The notes below the pieces were generated by a model that worked only from the letters and a program-made list of their open reading frames with translations, made no database searches and was not told where the DNA came from. Below are positions 22,821 through 30,060 of a stretch of 64,000 bases of DNA, in pieces. Every line of letters begins with the position of its first letter. Positions within the stretch are counted from its first letter, which is position 1. The stretch covers positions 12,882-76,881 of the forward strand of contig JAFAQT010000427.1 of assembly GCA_019246215.1 (NCBI GenBank), in the 5' to 3' direction. Source of the DNA: Verrucomicrobiota bacterium (lineage in GTDB: Bacteria; Verrucomicrobiota; Verrucomicrobiia; Chthoniobacterales; JAFAMB01). The position numbers were made by a program, and so were the translations under genes.

Positions 22821-24323
22821 ATGATTTCCGCATTCACGAATATCTTCAAAATTCCGGAACTGCGGCAACGCATTCTGTTTACGGTCGCTATGCTGGTCAT
22901 CGTTCGAGCCGGCGCTGCGATTACGATACCTGGAGTAAATGCTCACGTTCTGAACGAGTGGTTTCAGACCTCGCTTTCGAAATCGGCGGGAGGGGGTGTC
23001 GCTGCTCTTTTCAATATTTTTGCCGGAGGTGCGCTTGAGCATTGCGCAATTTTTTCTCTTGGGATCATGCCTTACATCAGCGCATCAATCATGATGCAGC
23101 TACTGACTGCCGTGATACCGCGTCTGAACAAGCTGGCTCGTGAAGACGGCGGCCGGCAAAAGATTACCCAATATACTCGATACGTGACTCTCGCGCTCTG
23201 TATCTTCCAGGGTTATCTGCTAGCCGTCTCTATGCAGAATCCTTCCTCCAATCCCTTTTTACAAGGGATCGAATCGGTGACGGCCCGGCTGGGGCCATTA
23301 GTTGAGAACCCCGGTCTCGGTTTTCAGATTGTTGCCACGATGACGTTGAGTGCGGGCACGATGTTCCTGATGTGGGTTGGCGACCAGATTACCGAGCGAG
23401 GGATCGGCAATGGAACGTCGTTGATCATCACCGTCGGGATCGTTGCGTCACTGCCGGGCGCTTTGGTACAGGTCTGGAACACCTTCGTGCCCACCGGTGG
23501 CGCTCCCACCCGGGTGAGTCCGATTGTGCTGGTTTTGATGATCGCATTCCTGGTTTTGGTGGTTGCATCGGTGATAGCCCTGACACAAGGACAGCGGAGG
23601 ATCAGCATTCAGTACGCCAAGCGTGTTGTTGGCCGGAAAGTCTATGGCGGCCAAACGCAATATCTGCCATTGAAGGTCAACTCTGTTGGAGTAATGCCGC
23701 TGATTTTTGCGCAGGCTATCCTGCTTTTTCCTTCCACGATTCTGAGCATGGCATTCCGAAATCAGGAATGGGCCGTAACACTTTCCAACGCCCTAGCTGT
23801 CGGGCTCTGGCATTATGTTCTGACTGGAGCCCTGATCTTTTTTTTCAGCTATTTCTGGGTTGCGATTCAATTTCAGCCGACGCAGATAGCGGATGATCTA
23901 AAAAAATATAACGGCTACATTCCTGGGTATCGGCCGGGGAAACCGACCGCGGAATTTCTCGAATATACATTGACTCGGTTGACATTTGCAGGCGCCTTCT
24001 TCCTGACGATTATCGCGGTGATCCCGGAAACCATGATCACTTGGCTGGGTGTTCCACGGATGACTGCACGCTTCTTTGGCGGCACCAGTCTCTTGATCAT
24101 TGTCGGCGTCCTCCTGGACACAATGCGGCAGGTGGAGACTTACCTCATTCAGCGGCATTACGACGGGTTCTTACGAAAAGGACGCATTCGGGGCCGCTTC
24201 GAACGCGCTGTTGGTGGAACGGGTAAAGTGGTGAAAGAGGGAGTTCTTCTATGGATGTGGGTGGCTTTCGCACTGTTAGCCGTCGCGGGCGTGGCTGTCT
24301 CAATATTTGTGAACCAGAGATAG
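22821..24323 (+). CDS. secY: Preprotein translocase subunit SecY, with a C-terminal extension containing an extra hydrophobic helix
   Basis: LRQRILFT...SLGIMPYISASIMMQLL...GGTSLLIIVGVLLDTMRQVETYL. The conserved end (HYDGFLRKGRIRGR) is followed by about 45 more residues, including VLLWMWVAFALLAVAGVAVSIFV. Confidence 0.96.
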   Translation: MISAFTNIFKIPELRQRILFTVAMLVIVRAGAAITIPGVNAHVLNEWFQTSLSKSAGGGVAALFNIFAGGALEHCAIFSLGIMPYISASIMMQLLTAVIPRLNKLAREDGGRQKITQYTRYVTLALCIFQGYLLAVSMQNPSSNPFLQGIESVTARLGPLVENPGLGFQIVATMTLSAGTMFLMWVGDQITERGIGNGTSLIITVGIVASLPGALVQVWNTFVPTGGAPTRVSPIVLVLMIAFLVLVVASVIALTQGQRRISIQYAKRVVGRKVYGGQTQYLPLKVNSVGVMPLIFAQAILLFPSTILSMAFRNQEWAVTLSNALAVGLWHYVLTGALIFFFSYFWVAIQFQPTQIADDLKKYNGYIPGYRPGKPTAEFLEYTLTRLTFAGAFFLTIIAVIPETMITWLGVPRMTARFFGGTSLLIIVGVLLDTMRQVETYLIQRHYDGFLRKGRIRGRFERAVGGTGKVVKEGVLLWMWVAFALLAVAGVAVSIFVNQR

Positions 24324-24335
24324 TGGAGAAGGGGG

Positions 24336-24943
24336 AAGAAGCGAATCGTTTTCCTAGGGCTGCCAGCTGCAGGAAAAAGGGACCCGCAGAGAATCCTTAC
24401 AGAAACGGGTCGGTATTCCAGCCGCGTCGACGAGCGATTCTTGGAGCGGAGGGAAAAAGCGGAACTTCGATGGGAATCGAGACCGCGAAGATCACTTCCA
24501 CTGGTAGCCTGACTCCGGACCAAATGGTTTTGCAGCTGTTGGCGCTTGGCTCGACAAGATGATACTCGGTTTTGTTCGATGGGTTTTCTGAAATGGTAAG
24601 GAAAAATCGAGCATTTCTAGGCCTTACTCTCCACGCGCAAGTTGGCGCTCGAACCGCGATTTCGTCGGAGCTCCCCCCGGCTGTGATCCACCAGCAGTGC
24701 TGCTAAGATTCGCATCTTCCAATTGCGGGAAAGTGATCAGCGTTCAGACGCCATATTAGAGAGGCGATTGATCCTGTCCGAACCTTCGGATCAACTGGAG
24801 GCTCGCCAGGATGATACCGGTAGCGCTTTCACGCGCCGGAGGGAGGAGTACAGGGAAAACAGTTCCGGTGACAGACTTTTATGATAGAGGAAGTATATTG
24901 GCGCGGCGTGGATGCGAGCCGTGCGGGAGAATCAGTTTTTTAA
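24336..24943 (+). pseudogene. adk: Adenylate kinase pseudogene (multiple frameshifts and stops)
   Basis: Adk-like pieces are spread over all three forward frames: KRIVFLGLPAAGK; GKGTRRESLQKRVGIPAASTSD; AILGAEGKSGTSMGIETAKITSTGSLTPDQMVLQLL, then a stop at 24560-24562; GFV-DGF; NCGKV; RQDDT; TVPVTDFY; GVDASRAGESVF. It occupies the canonical secY-adk-map position. The boundaries are approximate. Confidence 0.8.
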
Positions 24944-24967
24944 GGATGTGAGCGAGTTGATTATCGG

Positions 24968-25744
24968 ATGATCCCAATCAAGACACCGCAGGAAATTGAA
25001 AAGATGCGAGCCTCTTGCAAGCTGGCAAGTGCCATTCTTGAGAAGCTTTCTGCGATGCTCTGTCCGGGTATAACCACGAAGGATGTAGATCACTCAGGCG
25101 CGAAACTAATGGAGCAAGCGGGCTGCAAGAGCGCTTTCTTCGGTTACAGACGGTTCCCGGGTCACATCTGCATTTCTGTAAACGACGAGGTGGTTCACGG
25201 AATCGGCGGCTCCCGGCGTATTCAGTACGGGGACGTCGTGAAACTGGATATCGGCGTTGTATTGGACGGTTTCGTGGGCGACACCGCAGCCACTATTCCG
25301 ATCGGATTAGTGAGAGACGATGTGCAGCGGCTTCTGTCGGTGACCGAAGATGCGCTGAGCAAGGGGATAGAAAATGCGCGCGAAGGCCGTCGCCTGAACG
25401 AACTCTGTGCGGCGATCCAGGACGAAGTGGAATCCAATGGGTTTAGCGTGGTCAAGGAGTTTGTGGGGCATGGCGTTGGACGCCATCTTCATGAAGAACC
25501 ACAGATCCCAAATTATCGCACCCCTGGCGCTACAGCAAAATTAAGAGCGGGAATGACCCTTGCCATTGAGCCAATGGTCAATATGGGCCGCGCGGCGGTC
25601 AAAGTGCTGGACGACGATTGGACGGTTGTTACGGCTGACCATTTGCCTTCCGCACACTTTGAACACACAGTTTTGGTGACGAAAGGTGAACCAGAAATCT
25701 TGACATGGCGCGAAAAGACGTCATCGAAGTTGAGGGCAAGGTAG
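24968..25744 (+). CDS. map: Type I methionine aminopeptidase
   Basis: [11 protein letters not shown]...VVHGIG...GDVVKLDIG...DGFVGDTA...[17 protein letters not shown]...LAIEPM...EHTVLVT. Confidence 0.95.
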   Translation: MIPIKTPQEIEKMRASCKLASAILEKLSAMLCPGITTKDVDHSGAKLMEQAGCKSAFFGYRRFPGHICISVNDEVVHGIGGSRRIQYGDVVKLDIGVVLDGFVGDTAATIPIGLVRDDVQRLLSVTEDALSKGIENAREGRRLNELCAAIQDEVESNGFSVVKEFVGHGVGRHLHEEPQIPNYRTPGATAKLRAGMTLAIEPMVNMGRAAVKVLDDDWTVVTADHLPSAHFEHTVLVTKGEPEILTWREKTSSKLRAR

Positions 25745-25923
25745 TTGAGTTGCTGCCCAATACGATGTTCCGGGTGGAGCTACCCAATCGACATCGGATT
25801 CTGGCGCATATCTCTGGGAAAATGCGATTGCATTTCATTCGGATCTTGCCAGGGGATAAAGTTATGGTAGAGATGTCTCCTTACGACTTGACCAAGGGTC
25901 GGATAACGTTCCGGCAAAAGTAA
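25705..25923 (+). CDS. infA: Translation initiation factor IF-1
   Basis: [41 protein letters not shown]...[21 protein letters not shown]. Overlaps the map 3' end by 40 nt. Confidence 0.97.
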   Translation: MARKDVIEVEGKVVELLPNTMFRVELPNRHRILAHISGKMRLHFIRILPGDKVMVEMSPYDLTKGRITFRQK

Positions 25924-25954
25924 GAATATTTTTAAGAGAAACGCTCCTGAGAGG

Positions 25955-25979
25955 GCACCCCTCGGGGTGCGTTTTTTTG
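25955..25979 (+). terminator. Rho-independent terminator-like hairpin between infA and rpmJ
   Basis: GCACCC-CTCG-GGGTGC followed by G and a T7 run (25972-25978), 32 nt after the infA stop. Confidence 0.6.
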
Positions 25980-25999
25980 TCCCCTGAGGACGGATTTGG

Positions 26000-26113
26000 A
26001 TGAAAGTGCGACCTTCTGTGAAACGGCTTTGTGAGAGCTGCAGGATTATAAAAAGAAAAAACGTCGTCCGTGTGGTTTGTAAAAATCCACGGCACAAACA
26101 GCGACAGGGTTGA
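26000..26113 (+). CDS. rpmJ: 50S ribosomal protein L36
   Basis: Own translation: [37 protein letters not shown]. It is below the ORF-track length cutoff. GAGGA lies 10 nt upstream of the ATG. Confidence 0.95.
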   Translation: MKVRPSVKRLCESCRIIKRKNVVRVVCKNPRHKQRQG

Positions 26114-26173
26114 ACTGCCTGGATGAAGCAGTTGCGATTGATTTGTCCATGCGGACACCACCAATGATAGGAT

Positions 26174-26569
26174 ATGCCTCGATTACTTGGAGTTGATATA
26201 CCTGGAGATAAACGGATCGAAGCTTCGCTGCCCTACATTTATGGCATCGGGCCCAAAACCGCCAAAAAGGTCCTTGAGCAAGCAAACATTGACCCGAACG
26301 TGCGCGCGAAAAATCTCACGCCGGAACAGTTAGGCGAAATCGTTCATGCGATCAATGGGAGTGGATTACTGATCGAGGGGGATCTGCGACGCGATATTCA
26401 AGGCAACCTGAAGCGATTGCAGGCGATTCGATGCTATCGAGGAACACGGCACATTCGGGGACTTCCCGTTCGCGGACAAAGAACTTCAACCAACGCTCGG
26501 ACCCGGAAAGGTCCCCGCAAGACAGTTGGTGTGCAGCGCAACAAAGACGCCAAAGCAGGAAAAGTTTAG
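26174..26569 (+). CDS. rpsM: 30S ribosomal protein S13
   Basis: [26 protein letters not shown]...[26 protein letters not shown]. Confidence 0.97.
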   Translation: MPRLLGVDIPGDKRIEASLPYIYGIGPKTAKKVLEQANIDPNVRAKNLTPEQLGEIVHAINGSGLLIEGDLRRDIQGNLKRLQAIRCYRGTRHIRGLPVRGQRTSTNARTRKGPRKTVGVQRNKDAKAGKV

Positions 26570-26587
26570 CCCGACGGGGACCAAGGC

Positions 26588-27193
26588 ATGCCCAATCAAA
26601 CTGCGACACCAACGCCGACTCCTAAAAAAGATTCCGCAGCCGCAGGTTCTACAGCGATTTCGTCTGATCCGCCGGCACCTGTGGCGCCGGCGCCAGCACC
26701 GGCCGCTGAGCCTGCCAAGCCGACACGAACTCCGAAGGCCAAGACCAAGAAGGAAAGCGGGCCGACCGAAGGCGCCAAGGTAAGTCTCTCACTGGACGGC
26801 GGTGATGCCGAAAAGCCAAAGATCGTTAAGGCGAAAGGGAGTAAGAACGTTTCTGCGGGAGTTGCGCATGTGCTCGCTACATTTAACAATACTATCGTTT
26901 CGATCACCGATCTGAACGGCAGCGTAATCGGTTGGTCCAGCGCGGGAAAAGTTGGTTTCAAGGGATCCCGCAAGAGCACTGCATACGCTGCGCAGTTAGT
27001 AGCTCAGGATGCCTGCCGGCAAGCCATGGGACACGGTCTGAAGGAAGTTGAAGTGCTGGTCAAAGGTCCTGGGGCCGGACGCGAGTCCGCGGTTCGCGCG
27101 ATTCAGGCCATCGGCCTAGATATTTCGGTGATTCGAGACGTTACACCTGTCCCGCACAACGGTTGTCGTCCCCCGAAACAGCGCCGCGTTTGA
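26588..27193 (+). CDS. rpsK: 30S ribosomal protein S11 with a Pro/Ala/Thr-rich N-terminal extension of about 70 aa
   Basis: Core: [44 protein letters not shown]...[18 protein letters not shown]. It is preceded by the low-complexity stretch TPTPTPKK...[18 protein letters not shown]. Confidence 0.94.
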   Translation: MPNQTATPTPTPKKDSAAAGSTAISSDPPAPVAPAPAPAAEPAKPTRTPKAKTKKESGPTEGAKVSLSLDGGDAEKPKIVKAKGSKNVSAGVAHVLATFNNTIVSITDLNGSVIGWSSAGKVGFKGSRKSTAYAAQLVAQDACRQAMGHGLKEVEVLVKGPGAGRESAVRAIQAIGLDISVIRDVTPVPHNGCRPPKQRRV

Positions 27194-27212
27194 TTCGAAA
27201 GGGAATTTACTT

Positions 27213-27824
27213 ATGGCTCGTTACACTGGCCCCAAATCGAAAATCAGTCGTCGGTACGGAATCGCTCTGTTCGGTTCGAGTAAAGCACTGGAGAGGAAGA
27301 ATTATCCGCCCGGTATGCACGGTCCCAAGGGATCTCGTCGGAAGCAATCGGACTACGCAACCGCTCTCGCCGAAAAACAGAAAATGCGGCACATGTATGG
27401 TTTGTTGGAGCGGCAGTTTCGTCGTTACTTCGAAACCGCTCTGCGAAAACGCGGTGTAACCGGTGAGACCTTGCTGCAGATGCTGGAGACCAGGCTCGAT
27501 AATGTGGTCTATCGACTCGGATTTGCGAATTCGCGCGGAGCAGCTCGCCAACTGGTGTCCCACGGACATGTAACTGTGAATAATCGGAAGGTGAACGTAT
27601 CTTCTTATAATCTGAAACCGGGGGATGCGGTGGCAGTCGAGGACAGACCCGGTTCGCGGCGATTGGTCACTCGAAATCTTGAGTTGACCCAAATCCAGCC
27701 GGTGCCGGATTGGCTTGTGGTCGACAAGGACCAATTCCACGGTAAGATGATGCGAATTCCTTCCCGCGAAGAGATCGCTCCAGTGGTGAATGAGCAACTC
27801 GTCGTCGAGCTTTACTCGCGATGA
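27213..27824 (+). CDS. rpsD: 30S ribosomal protein S4
   Basis: MARYTGPKSKISRRYG...YGLLERQFRRYF...LETRLDNVVYRLGFA.SRGAARQLVSHGHV.VN. Confidence 0.97.
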   Translation: MARYTGPKSKISRRYGIALFGSSKALERKNYPPGMHGPKGSRRKQSDYATALAEKQKMRHMYGLLERQFRRYFETALRKRGVTGETLLQMLETRLDNVVYRLGFANSRGAARQLVSHGHVTVNNRKVNVSSYNLKPGDAVAVEDRPGSRRLVTRNLELTQIQPVPDWLVVDKDQFHGKMMRIPSREEIAPVVNEQLVVELYSR

Positions 27825-27872
27825 GCGCAGGGATATTTGTCAACGCCGCGTGTTGTCCGGTAGAGCTGAAAG

Positions 27873-28739
27873 TCACTTTTTGAAGATGTGGAGGAACTGC
27901 TCCTCAATCTCTGACTGAGACATCTCCAGATACGCTTCGACGGCGTCCTCGACCGCTAGCTTGCGCTCGCGGAGGAGCGATCCGAACAGACATTCGAATG
28001 GCATCAGATGCGGACGGGCCGATTCCAGCTCACGGCGAATCAGGTGGGAGAGCGGACCCGCCCCTTGATAGAAGTTCACCCTCTCGAATTCCGCGAGTAC
28101 TTCCTCGACAGCATACTCGATCCGGCGAATTTCAACTTTCCAGCGATCGCGGTCCCAAGTAATCAGTCCAAAACTCGCGCGGCGATCGCCGTCAAAAGGG
28201 AATCCTACGGCTCCAACGTTGACCAGAAGCGTAGCGTTCACCTGACGAACAAAAGGAAGGTGAGAGTGACCGACACAAAGAAGCCCGGGCGGATCGCTGC
28301 CGATCATTTCCTTGGCCTTCGCCTCCGTGGTTGTCGGGAAGAAGCCTTCGTGGTTCGATCTTGCGGAACCGTGGGCGACGGTGATCGAAAGCTTGTCCGG
28401 TCCAATCAGCGTCGTCGCAATGGGCAACTGGCTGATCGACTCCACAAAATCGCTCGTTAGATCGGCAGTCCACCGAGCGGGCATCCAATTGTAATAGTCC
28501 CTGATGTCCTGGGTTCGAGATTTCTGGCTCTGACGGATCACGTAATCTTCGTGATTCCCTCGCAAAAGGGTCCACCCCGATTGCGCGACAAATTCAGTCA
28601 CCTCGCGGGGGTTCGGTCCGCGGTTCTGAAAATCTCCGGCCACAAAGACTAAGTCCGGGTTGAGCCGGTCGATCTCTGCTGCGACTACTTCCAGAGCCGG
28701 CAGATTTCCATGGATGTCCGCGAGCACGGCGATTTGCAT
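27873..28739 (-). CDS. Calcineurin-like metallophosphoesterase
   Basis: Metal-binding motifs: VLADIHGN, VAGDFQNRG, LRGNHEDY, VGHSHLPF. Helical C-terminal tail of about 60 aa. Confidence 0.8.
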   Translation of the reverse strand: MQIAVLADIHGNLPALEVVAAEIDRLNPDLVFVAGDFQNRGPNPREVTEFVAQSGWTLLRGNHEDYVIRQSQKSRTQDIRDYYNWMPARWTADLTSDFVESISQLPIATTLIGPDKLSITVAHGSARSNHEGFFPTTTEAKAKEMIGSDPPGLLCVGHSHLPFVRQVNATLLVNVGAVGFPFDGDRRASFGLITWDRDRWKVEIRRIEYAVEEVLAEFERVNFYQGAGPLSHLIRRELESARPHLMPFECLFGSLLRERKLAVEDAVEAYLEMSQSEIEEQFLHIFKK

Positions 28740-28791
28740 CGGACGGTAGCCCTAAGCCGAAAATCTCACTGCCCACAGCGCTCGTGAAATT

Positions 28792-29886
28792 TTACCGGAG
28801 ATAACGTTCCTGGACAACTTCGAGCGCTTTACTCAGGCTCATCCTGCCTAGATAGTGAGCGAGCATCGGATCGGCATCCGGCGGCAACCTAGTCCGTAGT
28901 TCTTCGATTCGTTGAGAGGCCTGCTTCAATCTTTCCAAGTGAGCGTCTGGATTCTGGTCTCGAAACGGATGATCGCCTATGACGGCGAGCCGATCCCGCA
29001 AAGCCTCCGCAAGTACAACGTAGTACTGATCCATGCATCCAAAGTGTCGCCTGGACCTGTTCGCATTCAAGAGGGTTTTCCAAGAGACTGGCCGTCGACG
29101 GGGAAGCAATTGGCTCGATTGAGGAAGAACTAGTCTGAACTGTTCTGCGCTAAGCTCCCGCAGCAACTGTTCCAACGCCTCAAGACAGACCGTTGGCCGG
29201 TGGGCTTCGTGAAATAAAATGATAGCGCCGGAGACAATCGATCGCTTGATGCGTTCAACAATTCTTTTGGGATCATCGATCTGAGTGTCAAATGCCCTCG
29301 CGCTCCAGCCGACTAATTGAAGACCCCGCGCTGCCAGAATCGGATGAAGGAACGGATTTTTCAATCCGGCTGGTGCTCGAAACCAGATCGGCGCGGCCAC
29401 CCCAATCGAAGCGATTGTGGCTTCAAAGCCGTCGATTTCCCGCGCAAGAGCTCTCGGACCGAACCGCCAGAAACTGAATCTTGGATGGGTCTGAGTGTGA
29501 TTACCAATCGTGTGGCCCGCATGGAGGATCATGCGGGTCAGTTCTGGATGTCTGGCCGCTTTTGCACCGATCAAAAAAAAGGTCGCCCGAGCGCCGTATT
29601 TTTCCAGCAAGCCAAGAATTTGCGGGGTTGTGTCTGGGTCCGGTCCATCGTCAATGGTCAGCCACGCTGTTTTCGTGGTTGTGGAATACTTGGTTAGGAC
29701 TGGTCCGAACCCTTGAAGCGATGGGATCGTGGTAACCGCCACCAGCAACAAATGAGAGGCGAACAAAATGGATAGTCCCCAGAGCCACCCGACCGCCAAC
29801 ATGAAGAACGTCAGGAACGGTGCTAACACGATAAACCAGATTGTTACGGTCGGGCGAAAGCGCACTGGGCAAAAAAACAGCAGCAA
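28792..29886 (-). CDS. Membrane-anchored polysaccharide deacetylase (NodB/CE4 domain) with an uncharacterised C-terminal helical domain
   Basis: Two N-terminal hydrophobic helices. NodB motifs TIDDGPDP, ATFFLIG and HTIGNHTQTHP. The last ~90 aa (MDQYYVVLAEALRDRL...) have no family I recognise. Confidence 0.75.
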   Translation of the reverse strand: MLLFFCPVRFRPTVTIWFIVLAPFLTFFMLAVGWLWGLSILFASHLLLVAVTTIPSLQGFGPVLTKYSTTTKTAWLTIDDGPDPDTTPQILGLLEKYGARATFFLIGAKAARHPELTRMILHAGHTIGNHTQTHPRFSFWRFGPRALAREIDGFEATIASIGVAAPIWFRAPAGLKNPFLHPILAARGLQLVGWSARAFDTQIDDPKRIVERIKRSIVSGAIILFHEAHRPTVCLEALEQLLRELSAEQFRLVLPQSSQLLPRRRPVSWKTLLNANRSRRHFGCMDQYYVVLAEALRDRLAVIGDHPFRDQNPDAHLERLKQASQRIEELRTRLPPDADPMLAHYLGRMSLSKALEVVQERYLR

Positions 29887-30060
29887 AGAAAAGTAGCAAG
29901 TCCTTTGCTATCGGCTCTTAACGGATCGTTGATTGGCGGGCAGGCGAACCGTCTTTATCTACTCCATCGAAGAAGGAAGCGGGGACAATTCCCTGTACGC
30001 CGCGACAGCAGGGCGGGGCCGTCACTTTGCTCCTTGGCGGATTCGCGCTAGGGTAGCCGA

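Noticed and set aside
24251-24562. A 103-aa ORF overlapping the secY 3' end
   Set aside because: Only its C-terminal half (AILGAEGKSGTS...LLALGSTR) resembles a protein, namely an internal Adk fragment. It is one frame of the adk pseudogene and not a gene.
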